Positions 12,361 through 24,899 of a stretch of 57,013 bases of DNA are shown here, piece by piece (positions within the stretch are counted from its first letter, which is position 1; the number at the start of each line of letters is the position of its first letter). Origin of the DNA: Chiloscyllium plagiosum (Eukaryota); NCBI RefSeq assembly GCF_004010195.1, contig NC_057755.1, positions 4,808,155 through 4,865,167 of the forward strand, in the 5' to 3' direction. Position numbers and translations under genes: made by a program. A model generated the notes under the pieces. The model searched no databases and was not told the origin of the DNA. It saw only the letters and a program-made list of their open reading frames with translations.

Positions 12361-14360
12361 TAACTTTCCAACTTCTCTACTCAGTACCCTGACTGATGAA
12401 GGCCAGTGTGCCAAAAGCCTTTTTCAATGCCCTGTCTGCCTGTGACTCCACTTTCAGAGAACCATACACCTAAACTCCAAGTTCCCCATGTCTCACTTTA
12501 CACATTAAGGTCTTACCACTCATCATGAAACTCTACCTTGATTCGATTTTCCAAAATGCAAGACCTCACACTTACTTGTACAAAGCTTAATTTGCTATTT
12601 CTCGAACACTTGCCCAGATGATCAAGGTCCTGTTACAATTTCTGATAACCTTCCTCACTGTCCATGATACCACCTACTTTAGTGCCATCTGCAAAATTAC
12701 CAATCATGCTTGTAACTTTTTATCCAAATCTTTGATATAGATAATAACAGTAATGGGCCCTGCAACGACCTCTGAGGCACTCCACTAGTCAGAGACCTCC
12801 AGGACAACAAGCATCCTTGCACTAATACTCCCTGCTTCCTGCCATCAATCCCAATTGCATATGCAATTTTCCAGCTCCACCTTCCAAGCGTCCTAACCTC
12901 CCAGAGCAGCCGATCATGAGGAACCTTATCAAAAGCATTACTGAGATCCATTCGACTACTTCTACTACCTTTCCCTCGTCATACTTCCTGGTCATTTCGT
13001 CAAAGAACTCTAACACATTTGTGAGGCATGATCTTGCACGCGCAACATTATTCCTAATCAAACCTCCGCGTTCCAAATGCATGCAGATCTTACTTCTCTG
13101 AATTTTCTCAGCTAAATTACCCGCCACAAATTTTAGGTTTACTCATCTACAGTTCCCAGGTATTTCTTTCCAGCTTTTGTTTGAATAATGGCACAATACT
13201 CACTGCCTTCCAGATTTCCAGGATCTCAACCATGGCAAAAAATGATGTAAAAATTGCAGCTAGGACCCTGGCAATTTCCTCTCACGCCTCTTGCGGTGTT
13301 CCTGGATATATGTGGTCAGGACTAGGAGATTTTTCCACCTTCATGCATTCTAGTACGTCAAACACCACCTTTGCTATGATATGAACGGTCCTCAAGACAT
13401 GACGACTAACTTCCCCAAGTTCCCAAGTTTTTATGTCTTTTCTCCACAACAAACACAGAGGAGAAGTATTCATTGAGGACATCACCCACCTCCTGAAGTT
13501 ATGCACATACATGTCTACATTGGTCCTTGAGGTGCACTATTCTCTCTCTCGTTATTGTTTTACCGTTAATATGCTGAAATTACCTCTTTGGATTTACACT
13601 AACCTTCTCAGACGAGTCTACCTCATGCCTCCCTTTTCCCTCCTGATTTCTTTCTTCAGTAAACTCCTGTGTTTCTAATATACCTCCAAGGATCCCCTTG
13701 ATACCAGCTGCTTGTACCTGAGCCATACCTCCACTTCTTCTGGTCAAACCCTCAATATCTCTGGTCACCCAGGGTTCCCTATCCCTGGCAGTCTTGTCTC
13801 TCCCTGTCAGTCTTGCCATTCAAACTCACAGGAGCATGTTGACCTTAAACTGTAGCTATTTCACTTTTAAAGCCCTCCAAATTGCCAGAGGTCACTATGC
13901 CTGCAAACAAATTACTCCAGACCACACCTGCAATCTCCTGTCTAATTCAGTCAAAATACGCCTTGCCCCAGTTTAGAACTTGGACCTGTGGACCACCTTT
14001 GTCCCTTTCTATAAATATTTTAGAATTAATAATCTATGGTCATTGGTCCCAAAGTGCTCCCAACTGTCACCTGTCTCACCTGTCCACCCCTATTTCTCAA
14101 ACTTTGGTCAGGTTTTGCCCCTTTGTCAAGGAGGATTCTCTACATACTGCTTGGGGAAACTTTCCTGAGCGCACTTAACAAATTCACATCTGAACCTTAA
14201 CGCTCTGATAATCCCAGTCCATGATAGGCAAATTAAAATCTCCTACTATGACAACCCAATTGCTCCTGCAAGTCTCTCCAATCACTCTGCATACTTGTAC
14301 CTCTAATTCCTGTTGACTACTTGGGGGTCTGTAGAACAACTTCAATGACGTCACCACCCT
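12361..14360 (-). mobile_element. Decayed CR1 LINE ORF2 (endonuclease end, tether, RT)
   Basis: DLSNAFDKVPH, SGVPQRSLQGP, RSCLTN..FFD, KSPSPDHIYP and EPWVT. Confidence 0.9.
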
Positions 14361-14774
14361 CTTCTTATTTCTTCGGGAGATTTACTCTGTATCAAATCCG
14401 TACTGTCACTGTCCTGGGAATGTTTGATGGGGGACAGCGTAGTGAGAGCTTTACTCTGGCACAGACCCACAATGTCCCTTAGGAAGGGAATTCCTGGATT
14501 CTGACGCATTAACACTGAAGAAACGCTGATGTATTTCCAAGTGACGATGTGACAGCGAGACAGAGCGATAAGGTGTACAATATGTCAGGGCTTCAGATCA
14601 TTGGCCATGGCTATCATGGTCAGATAGCCACATTGGTGCCTGTGAGTCAACCCACTTTTGAGAAATTTACTCTGTGCCCTCAATGTGCCAGCTTCGTGCA
14701 GGCAGCTGGTCATCTGTTTTTTGCAGATTCCTCTCAAACACATATAGACACAGAGAAAGATTCTTAAAGGCTTT

Positions 14775-15240
14775 ATATAGAAGCGCAGGAAATAGGAGCA
14801 GAAGTAGGTCATTCGGCCCTGCGAGCCTGGTCTGCCATTCAACGCACTCTGCCTGATCACCCAATTCAATCCCCTGTTCCTGTTCTCTCCGCCATTTCTT
14901 TTGAACCCTTTAGCCCTAAGAACAACATTGACTTCCATCTCGAAAACATTCAATGTTGTGGCTGTAACTGCTTCCTGTAGCAGATTGATTCGTAGGTTCC
15001 CCACTCTTTGGGTGAAAACATTTCTCCTCATCTCAGTATGAACTTACCCACCCCGCATCCCGACGCCCTGGTTCTGGGATCCCTGGTCAGCGGAAATATT
15101 CTTATTGAGTTTACCACAACAGAACTTTCCAGGGTTCGAAGAGGTTCCACCTCATTATTCTCAACTCCAGTGAACACAATCCTAACAGATCCAATCTCTC
15201 TCCATGCATCAGTGCTGCCATCCCAGGAATCAGTCTTGGA
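14775..15240 (-). mobile_element. CR1 LINE 3' fragment
   Basis: RRNVFTQRVGNLRINL on the minus strand plus a CR1 3' UTR. Confidence 0.75.
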
Positions 15241-15254
15241 AACTAGACTAGCTT

Positions 15255-15560
15255 CCCTACAGTGTGGAAACAGGCCCTGCGGCCCAACAAGTCCTCACTG
15301 ACGCTCCAAACAGTGACCCGCCAGACTCGTTTCCCTACCCTTAGCCCTAACTAAGGTACCTGACACAATGGGCAATTTAACTTGCCTATTCACCTCACCT
15401 GCACATCTTTGGACAGTGGGAGGAAACTGCAGCACCTGGAGGTAACCCACACAGACACGGGAAGCATGTGCAAACTCCACACAGACAGTCGCCCAAGGCT
15501 AGAATCGAACATGGGTAGCTGGCAATGTGAGGCAGCCGTGCTAAGCACTGAGCCACCATG
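15255..15560 (-). mobile_element. HE1-like V-SINE, near full length
   Basis: The reverse complement shows a tRNA-like head (tggtggctcagtgcttagcac..gttcgattc), the V-domain and a CR1-type tail. Confidence 0.85.
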
Positions 15561-16479
15561 TCACCCACAAGCATCCCCTCAGCGACTGGATGCGTGGTGG
15601 GCTCTCAGATTTTGTTGCACCTCTCCCTTTCCCAATCTAACGCTGTTCAGACAATAACCTGGTTTGCTGTTCACGCCCTTTAAAGTCGACTGGAACAACC
15701 ACGTCTCACATCACCCAATCCCAACCTCGTGAAATATCCGCAGTTATTGGCAAAATCCTACCACGGATAACTCCTCCCTCCACAATCATGTACAATCGAA
15801 ATAAAAATTTGGAAGTATAGTTTCAGAATGCTTTTGTTCAAGGTTTTGTGTGGCTGCAAGTTTGTGGAGATGGGCTGAGTAAAAACATTGTCGTGTTCCA
15901 TCAGGCATGATCATATGGAATGGCGGATCAGCTTTGATGAGTTGAGTTTGCAATCCATTGCCTATGTCCCTGTCTTAAACTTAAACCATCTACCTCTAAT
16001 TCTGATACTGTGCTGCCTGGACCAGGAGTCACCAGCCAAAAGGAATCATCTGATTCACATCCACCTACGAAACGTTTCGTAAAGTTCACTGGAACTGCCT
16101 CACATTCTTTCAAATCGTAGAAAGTGCACTGTCTGTTTCCTCAAACCACGTGCACCCTCCATATTAAATTGCTTGTCAATTTCTGCTCAACCTTATTTCT
16201 GCTGGAGCTGTACCTTCATTATTTTGTGGACCTTCATGTTGTGTTTGATGATATCTTTAACATTTTATTGTTTGTTTCGAACAAACGGGTGACTTGTCTG
16301 GGATTAATTAAACAAGAATGAACCAGCAACTAAAAATAAACACGGATGCTGGACAGACAAAACAGACTGGAGAAACTCAGCAGATATAGCCGCAATTGTC
16401 GAGAGGAAGCAAAAATAGCCTTTTCAGTTTCAGTGACCATTCTTCAGAATTAATTATAGAGAGCAAAAGCGGGATTGAT

Positions 16480-16860
16480 TGTGTGTGTGTGTGCGTGTGT
16501 GTGTTGGGGGGGGGGGGGGGGCAGCTGGGAATATTCCTGAAAATGAAACTGCGTGTGTGTGTGTTTCTATTCTCCCTCCTTAATTCTGTCTATGTCTGTC
16601 TGAACCTGTCTCTATCTGTATATCTCTGTTTTCTCATATTGTATCCTCTGTCATTCTTTCCCTGTCAATCTCTATCTCCATCTTTTCTCTCATTCTTTCT
16701 ATCTCTCTCACTTGCGGTCTTAAATTCCATCTGTCTATCGCTCTGGATCCCTCATTCTTCTCTCTTAATCTCTCTATCCCTCTCTCATTGACGCTCTCTC
16801 TCTCTGTCTCTGACTCTGTCTCCCCACTTCTCTCTACTTTTCTTCCCTACCCTCTCTCCT
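16480..16860. repeat. (TG)n, poly-G and CT-rich low-complexity tract
   Basis: Directly visible. Confidence 0.85.
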
Positions 16861-17077
16861 TTTATTCCTATGCGTGAAATGATGATACCACAATTCTATG
16901 GTATTGCCACAAAACCTCTTCAAGAAAATGTTTCTTTTTTGTATTCAGTTACTGATCACACAGAAGTGTTGTCATAATCTGTTTTTCATTGAGTTGAAAA
17001 TGTTGTAACGCCATATCCCCAGGGGGGTGATCTCACAGGCTATAATTGAAAGGCTTGGGAAATTAAAGTCTTCAGTT

Positions 17078-17083
17078 TATAAT
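17078..17083 (+). promoter_or_regulatory. Putative TATA box of gene 2
   Basis: TATAAT ~57 bp upstream of ATG 17135. Confidence 0.4.
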
Positions 17084-17134
17084 GCAGGGAGAGACTATCT
17101 GAATCTCAGAGAAAACTAGCACCTCACACTAAAA

Positions 17135-17201
17135 ATGTCCCGTCCAATTGGTGATGTGCTGAAATTATATTACATGATATTTGCTGTCATTGGAATTCCT
17201 G
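17135..17201 (+). CDS. GPR139/GPR142-related GPCR gene 2, coding exon 1 (MSRPIGDVLKLYYMIFAVIGIP)
   Basis: aaaATG, 22 codons plus 1 nt, consensus donor G|GTAAGT. The phase matches the acceptor before 18279, giving GIP-ANLLAIVILS, similar to GPR139 GLP-ANILTVIILS. Confidence 0.9.
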
Positions 17202-18278
17202 GTAAGTGACAATAGCCAGCGATATTGTGTGATTTTGTTGCTCTCTGCTTTTACTGTATGACTCATAATACTTCGTGCTAAATTAATTGTCACACTTATA
17301 AATTCACGTGAAGAGTAAAATGATTTGGTTAAGTTAATCGTTTTGAATTGTACCTGACGCTTTACCCGATATCCATTGGTGTTCATACATCAGTGTCGCT
17401 GTAGTGGCTATTAGGTCAGACATGTTCAGCTGCATGTGTATCATTAATTAATCTAATTTTGTATGAATACTGTCTATTTAATTCCAGAGGCAATACGTTT
17501 GTCTTTTTATTGCCACTTTTCCTTTTTATTCTTCTTGTTGTTGCCTAAGTTTCGCCTTGTCTGAGTTTTCCTGCATGCTTATGTTCTACACAGGGTATAA
17601 TGAGTAAATGATTTGCCCTTAAATGCTCTCATATCGTTTTGCATTATAATCATATGCAGTCCCCTTCAGAAACGTTCGTCCCCTCTTCTTATTCACCTTC
17701 ATACATGTTATCTTTTATTTTAATTGTTGTCTTGGTGCAAGTTCCAGAACAATGTTTCTTCGCACAATCCATCACTGTCACTAGCCTTCTATTCCTTGAC
17801 TCATTCACTTCCCATTCAGAGGATCGGTAGACAAGTTTCCCATTGTCTTATCAGTGAACAGATTATCTATCTCATCCTCCAACATGCCTGCCTCATCCAT
17901 CAACGCCATCAGCAATACATATTGACTTACCTTCTGTCCCTCTGACCATTCTGTCACAACACAATGAAATTAAGGTCTGAACTCCTTCCTGCAGAGGTCC
18001 AAAAGGAAAAGGATCTATACCTTTAGCTCCCTCGATTACACTTAACAGACTCCTTCTCCTTTCAATAGCAACAACTATTTACGTGAATATTTTCAGATTT
18101 GATCACTGCAATCATTTCTAAAAAGTCCCTTGTGATTTTGAGGAAGGTCAAATACAGTTTGACTAGTAGCTTTTCTGATTTCCTCCCTTCAGTTCGCAAG
18201 ATAAACTTACAACCTTATTGTACATGGAGGATGCATGTTCAGTCATTTTCACATTATCTTCTATTCCTTTCCTTTCAG

Positions 18279-18796
18279 CTAATTTACTGGCGATTGTCAT
18301 CCTGTCTCGCGGAAAGTGTGGCCTCTCTACCTGTACCACTCGCTACCTGGTGGCCATGGCAATAGCAGATTTATCAGTCATTATTTTAATCAACTTTTTG
18401 TGGCACATCAGTTATCATTATTTCCCAGGGACATTGCTGGATATTGCTCCTGTGTGCAGCCTCAAAACTGTACTCGCCTCTGCAACGACAGACTGCTCTG
18501 TCTGGTTCACAGTTGTTTTCTCCTTTGATCGATTTGTGGCCATTTGTTGCCAGAAGCTGAAAATGAAATATTGCACTGAGAAAACTGCAGCCATTGTTCT
18601 AACAGTAACCTGCGTCCTGCTCTGTTTAAGAAACATCCCATACTACTTTACATTTGAGCCATTGATGATAATTGACAATGTACCGTGGCTCTGCACTGTG
18701 AAACCAAGTTATTATACTGATCCTGGATGGGTGGGGTTTGATTGGTTTGATCGGATTTTAACCCCTTTACTCCCTTTCACTTCAATTCTGTTGATT
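18279..18796 (+). CDS. GPR139/GPR142-related GPCR gene 2, coding exon 2 (TM1-TM5; 3' end lost in assembly gap)
   Basis: Acceptor 'ttcctttcctttcag|'. LVAMAIADL, FSFDRFVAICC, DNVPWLC and TPLLP are present, and the frame is open up to the Ns. Confidence 0.9.
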
Positions 18797-19296
18797 NNNN
18801 NNNNNNNNNNNNNNNNNNNNNNNNNNNNNNNNNNNNNNNNNNNNNNNNNNNNNNNNNNNNNNNNNNNNNNNNNNNNNNNNNNNNNNNNNNNNNNNNNNNN
18901 NNNNNNNNNNNNNNNNNNNNNNNNNNNNNNNNNNNNNNNNNNNNNNNNNNNNNNNNNNNNNNNNNNNNNNNNNNNNNNNNNNNNNNNNNNNNNNNNNNNN
19001 NNNNNNNNNNNNNNNNNNNNNNNNNNNNNNNNNNNNNNNNNNNNNNNNNNNNNNNNNNNNNNNNNNNNNNNNNNNNNNNNNNNNNNNNNNNNNNNNNNNN
19101 NNNNNNNNNNNNNNNNNNNNNNNNNNNNNNNNNNNNNNNNNNNNNNNNNNNNNNNNNNNNNNNNNNNNNNNNNNNNNNNNNNNNNNNNNNNNNNNNNNNN
19201 NNNNNNNNNNNNNNNNNNNNNNNNNNNNNNNNNNNNNNNNNNNNNNNNNNNNNNNNNNNNNNNNNNNNNNNNNNNNNNNNNNNNNNNNNNNNNNNN
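18797..19296. other. Assembly gap (500 N)
   Basis: Run of N. Confidence 1.
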
Positions 19297-19421
19297 CTGT
19301 GGGAGGAAACCTGCACAGACACGGGGAGAACGTGCAAACTTTACACAGTCAGTCGCCTGAGGCGGGAATTGAACCCGGGTCTCTGGCGCTGTGAGGCAGC
19401 AGTGCTAACCACTGTGCCGCC
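19297..19421 (-). mobile_element. HE1-like SINE 5' part, young copy
   Basis: The reverse complement 'ggcggcacagtggttagcactgctgcctcacagcgccagagacccgggttcaattcccgcc' has clean Pol III A/B-box-like motifs. Confidence 0.85.
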
Positions 19422-20190
19422 TACGGTATGTATGTATGTTCTATATAAAGAACAATTTGTTATTAGTTGTACACGAAATATTCTTGATTGTTCAAAACTT
19501 GTGGATTTAAAGTACTTTTATCTTGCAATGATTGTCTAAAGTTATGTGAATTATGAAAACACATTTGTTTTATATTCTAAAAAAAAAATGCCTTTAGCAT
19601 TCATTTCAGACCCAGCGGTGGGTTTCCGAAGATCTGTCTTTAATGGATGCTCAACGATTTTCCAACCAAATAATGGCTGGGCGAACTCGTGCCCAATCAG
19701 GGCAATGCAGGGCAGGATGAATACTACAGTCAGCCAAACCATGTTTGTGGAGTGGAGATGCTCGAGCAATCCTTGCAGGAGGAAAGACGTTTGAGCGTCG
19801 GTATAGACTGAGCAGATTGCTGGGAAAAACTTAAGGATTGGTTGGAGACAATTGTTATAGCGGATCTGGCAGAGCTGCCAACGGAAAGGAAAGATCTCAC
19901 AGAGTGCTGGATGTGTGATATATTGGTGATATCTCATTGCATGGGAAAATGACTGACAAATATCACTTTCAACAAAGGATTCATTGAAATACATTTCTTT
20001 GTGTGCAAAAATGCTCGACGTCGTTAAATGGAAAGGAACCAATGCAGGTCTAGGGAAGAGGCTGTAAATGAACTTAAAATCATTTATTAGCAATGTAATC
20101 CTGAAGAGTTGTATGACATGCGATGTTTCGTTTTATTAACGGCAAATGTGATCAAAGCTCAATTGAAAAGATGAAAATTGAACCCATCCA

Positions 20191-20738
20191 TGTGACGATG
20201 ATGTCATTTTGACAAGGTTACTTTCTCCTTGGGAGAGGTCGTCGAGGCAGATCTGCAAAAATGTCTGGAAATATCGAATTTAAGAACGACGGGGGAGTGG
20301 CTAATTCTGCCAGTTCAGGTTTTTTTTCTCCCAGTTTGATTTCTTTGCAGCAGAGAAAAGGAGTGTTACAGTGCAGAAACGTTCCATGCTCCTGCAGGTG
20401 ATTCTTGACTGGCTTCTCTCTCTGAAATCTCTCCTGCCTGCGTGAACCTGCGTTTGAATTTACCTTTTGCCCAAGGGATGTGTTGATGTGATGTTATGGG
20501 AATTGAAGCAGTTCCTCAGTTAAGTTGCCAATATTTAAATTTTTCTAAATTCCATTTTCTTGAGTTCGTGTTGAATTGTGCTGTGCAAACAAATGCTGTT
20601 TTACTTAAAGCGGAGTGGTTGGTCCAGCTGCATCACATCCGAAATATCCACTTCACAACTGCCCTTAAAATGAGAAAACGTAAGGATCGAGGCTACATTC
20701 ATAAAATATTTTGAGGCGATCTGGTCTCATCCATAACA
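20191..20738 (+). mobile_element. Diverged solo LTR related to the Gypsy LTRs
   Basis: Starts TGTGAC and ends 'ccataaca'. Shares 'ggggagtgg' and 'aaaatattttgagg..tctgg' motifs with the other LTRs. Confidence 0.6.
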
Positions 20739-20956
20739 TATAGGAGTGGATACTTCTAATAGTTAACACCCTGACATGTTCACGATACCGTCAATTTCCT
20801 TCCAGGCCCATGCAATGTCTATTCGCAGTGTCGTCACAATTTTAGCAATGGTCACCGCACCTCATAATTTGGCCAAGCATGACTCCAGCATTCACAAACT
20901 GGAAGCACTGTGACACAGCCTGACGCCCGTTGAGATGTACCGATTGATTGCAGAAA

Positions 20957-21828
20957 TTATGTAACCAATGATTTCAAAGCGTTCTTGATTTTCCCTCTGA
21001 ATTTGGACTGAGTCGCTACATAAATGAATGTATTTGTGCAGCAACTTAAATTCCGCAGCATGATTCCAAAATAAGCAGATGTGGTTTCAGAATCAGTGGA
21101 ATCGGTTCCGCCAATGATATCACGAAAGAAGTTTATGATAAATGTCAGCCACAGAAGTATAAAGCTACCGGATATGGTAAAAAGTAAAATGACAGACTTC
21201 CTCCTGCTTTCCACCTCTGCATCACGCTGTATCTCTCCATTAGTGCGGGCTTTCAGCTCCTTACGGACTCGGCTGGATGCTAAAATGCATCTTACAGTCA
21301 AAGTGTTGATTAACAGAATTAGAGCGAATGGGAGCAGTGGCATTAAAGCTTTAGAAAAGCATTCATAACCCACCCAACCAGGATGGGTATAATAACTCGG
21401 TTTCACATAACAAAACCATGGTACATTGTCAACTATATACCCAGGTTCATGAATAAAGTAGACAGGGACACTTTTCAAGCAAAGCAGAATGCAGGTTGTT
21501 GAAAGCACCACAGCTGCAGTTTTCTCTGTGCAAAATCGTGTTCTCAATTTATGGCAACAAACAGCTACATAACGATCAAAAGAGAATGTGACAGTGAACC
21601 AGACAGAACAGTCCATGCTTGCATCACACAGTGCACCATGGGCACTACATGCAGGAGTGATGTCCAAGAAAAACATTGGGGCTTCATAATAATAAATAAC
21701 CTCTCTCAATATGACTTCAAATATGACGACCAGGAGATCTGCCCATGCCATTGCCACGAGGTAGCGTGTGGTGCACTTTGAAACACCACAATGTCCGCGG
21801 GAGAGAATCGCAATGGCCAGCAAATTAA
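20957..21828 (-). CDS. GPR139/GPR142-related GPCR gene 3, coding exon 2 (spliced product 312 aa)
   Basis: Acceptor 'tttccttttctttctcacacag|'. NLLAIAILSRGHCG, LVAMAWADLL, FSFDRYVAVCC, DNVPWFC, RRKSVILLF and SCCTNTFIY in an open frame. Confidence 0.93.
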
Positions 21829-22488
21829 CTGTGTGAGAAAGAAAAGGAAATAAATGCTGGAATTTACTCAGCAAACAGCTTCTCTGTTTGCCGCCGTCAG
21901 TATGGCACGATGAGGACAGAATATGGGAACTGGCGGGCAATCAAATGGTTTCTGTTATTGTTGAATATGGAAATTCTAATTCTAAATCTAAAATAATTTC
22001 AGACTCACCAGGCAATCAGATAGTCGGGTTCTGTTAATTCAGTAATTGCACGACCCTTCCCTAAATCAGAGCCTGATTGGGAGTGGGGAATATATAGCCT
22101 TGTAAATGAGTTAGGCTTTGAATCTTTCACAGGAGGCTTTGTTCTGGATGGTCCCGATAAAATTGGTTCCCATTTCAAACTGAACTTCTTGACTAACTGC
22201 TCACAGAATAAAGCTTTATTCCAGAGATCAGGATGTGTTTGTATGTTTCTCACAAGATTTATTCATGTCGCTTCATCGTCTATTATGTATCAATGTCTCC
22301 ATGAGGTCACAAAGTTGGGGAAGCAATAGACCATGTGGACAATTGATCATGGTGAATCTAACTACCGCACATTCCGTTCAACACAGTGCGCCTTTTATAC
22401 ATTTATAATGCAGAATGGTTCTAACTCAGCCTTAAAAGAATCGTGAATCCATGTGCTTTCAGAAAGTTTTCACAAAGAGAGTTAAATA

Positions 22489-22974
22489 AAGTTTGTGAGA
22501 AGATTTGTAGCTCGGGTGCCTGTTGCTGTGGTTCTGTTCGCCGAGCTGGAAGTTTTTGTTGCAAACGTTTCGTCCCCTGTCTAGTTTCGTCCCCTGTCTA
22601 GGTGACATCCTCAGTGCTTGGGAGCCTCCTGTAAAGCGCTTCTGTGGGGTTTCCTTCGGTGTTTATAGTGGCCTGTCCCTGCCGCTTCCGGTTGTCCGTT
22701 CCAGCTGTCCGCTGCAGTGGCCGTTATATTGGGTCCAGGTCGATGTGTTTGTTGATGGAGTTTGTGGATGAGTGCCATGCTTCTAGGAATTCCCTGGCTG
22801 TTCTTTGCTTCATTTGCCCTATAATGGTAGTGTTGTCCCAGTCAAATTCATGTTGCTTGTCATCTGCGTGTGTGGCGACTAGGGATAGCTGGTCATGTCG
22901 TTTTGTGGCTAGTTGGTGTTCATGGATGCGGATCGTTGGCTGTCTTCCTGTTTGTCCGATATAGTGTTTTGTGC
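22489..22974 (-). mobile_element. Penelope-like (Poseidon-type) element, GIY-YIG 3' fragment, with 13-bp TSD
   Basis: HYIGQTGRQ..RIHEHQLA..REFLEAWHS..INKHIDLDPI. TSD agagagttaaata at 22476-22488 and 22975-22987. Confidence 0.9.
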
Positions 22975-23269
22975 AGAGAGTTAAATAGTCACATGAACGA
23001 AGGAGGACAATAGCTATTCTCAACTCTGACTTACATGTGTTGCCTCTTATATCATTACAGAAACCCTGAGCTCTTGAACCTCTCAAAAGATGAAATTCCT
23101 CTTCCAGTTACGAGCTTCCTTCACTTCAAAAGTGAGAATTTGCATTCCTTGTTAATTCAGACTCAGAGACCAGACTGGAATGCCAACCAAGTAATCTCAA
23201 AAGCCCCTCTGCCGCCATGGTGAAGCGAATATTTCCATTTGCAATAAAACAATCAATCAACCCTGCTTT

Positions 23270-23555
23270 CTCGCACACACCCAAACACATACTCATGCAA
23301 AGAGACGCATACAGAGACACACACATGCACCCACACGCTCACACACACATTCACAAACACACGCACACCCACTCTCTCAAGTGCTTGCACACATGCACAC
23401 AGAGACACACATACACATGAACACACACGATTTCTCACAAGCACACACTCACCCCCACACACGTATTCTCTCTCACACACACGCTCACATGCATACACAC
23501 GCTCAAACAAGCAAACATGCGAGCGCGCACACACACACAGAGCACACACGTACAC
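23270..23555. repeat. Degenerate (CA)n tract
   Basis: Directly visible. Confidence 0.9.
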
Positions 23556-24899
23556 AATCTGAACTCTGATTCGAGAGTTGGTTGCGTCTACATGACTGCT
23601 GTATTCTATCCTTCGGTTTCTCTCTCTGTTTGGTTATCTGCAATTCACACTTTCGGTGATTGGAACAAAGTAATGATTTGGTTGCTGCAAAAACTGTTGA
23701 ATTCATGTGCGTCCAGATCTCAGAGAAGCGCAGCATTGATGCAAACTGATGCTCAATTTCTTAGGCTCAAATGTGAAGCTATGGCGAATGTCCACCATTT
23801 CACAATAACGGTGACACAGGGAAGGTGGAAAATGCTGGTGTCCCAACAATAGAAATAAGGATTTTTGAGACATTGCAGGAGACAGACCAAACCTGTATTT
23901 ATGAATGTGTAGCAAGAAAAATATCCTGCTGATGACCACCTTTCCTACTGCTAGTAAAATTTTATGCTTCATGATATAGTATTGGTATTGACATAAGGAT
24001 CATTCATGGTCATAAAGAATGCTGGTGTAAGTCCAAAGCACCAAATAACCTTCTCCTGCTCTTTTTTGGCTTTAAGTTCAAGTTTCAACCAATACTGACG
24101 AAGTTAAAATATTCATAAAGCTAAATCAATCTTCCAAATGATAATTACCTTGCTGAAAAACCAAAAGTAAGCGAAGTCACACATTATTTATTCCTTTGTT
24201 GTTGCTCCTATTTGATAATTTGGCAACATGATTTCCACTCCCGTCACGTTTTAGACTTGGTCCTTCTCCTGAAATAATCACCAGCCATAATATTGTCCTC
24301 TGATGTCTTCCATGCATAAGTTTCAAATTCTGATCACTCCCAAGATCCTGCCGCAGGATACTTGCTGTGGACCAGGCTGCTCCACCCTAAGTTGTACTTA
24401 ACGTACAATGAAGTATAGAACTGCAGGTGCTGGAAATAGGACAGAGAGACAGAAATTGCTGGAGAAACTCAGCGTGCCTGCCACCATGTGTTCAGGAAAA
24501 ACAAAAAGCAAAACAGATCAGGAAACTACTCACTCGAGTGTGGAAGAACGGCGCTGAATATTCACCCTATCCATGCCAGACAATTCTTTTCTATTTCCTT
24601 CAGGTGTCTCTTCAGCCTCCCCCCCCCCCCCCCTCCCCCCGATACTCTCGGGCAAATGAACAAAATCGTCCAATCTTTCCTCAGGACGAATACACACTAC
24701 TCTAGGAAACACTCCAGTAAACATCTTTGGTGCTCAGTCCAATCCCTCCTGTGGTGTCTAGAATTGCACACAATGCTCTAAATATGACTACAATAAAGTT
24801 GTATTCAGCTGCAACACGGCTTGCTAACCTTTATACTCAATACCCGGACGGATGAAGCCACACATGATGGATGGTTGACAGTGAACACTTACTTCTGAA

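Noticed and set aside
16396..16791. Hydrophobic ORFs over microsatellites (also 23217-23569)
   Set aside because: Low-complexity repeats that lack stop codons by composition.
18777..19360. Long ORFs spanning N runs (also 52601-53229)
   Set aside because: Artefacts of translating through assembly gaps.
19340..19421. tRNA-like sequence
   Set aside because: It is the tRNA-derived head of a V-SINE, continuous with the SINE body.
19551..20093. 180-aa minus-strand ORF downstream of gene 3
   Set aside because: Non-ATG start, no recognisable motif and no splice context; probably a chance ORF.
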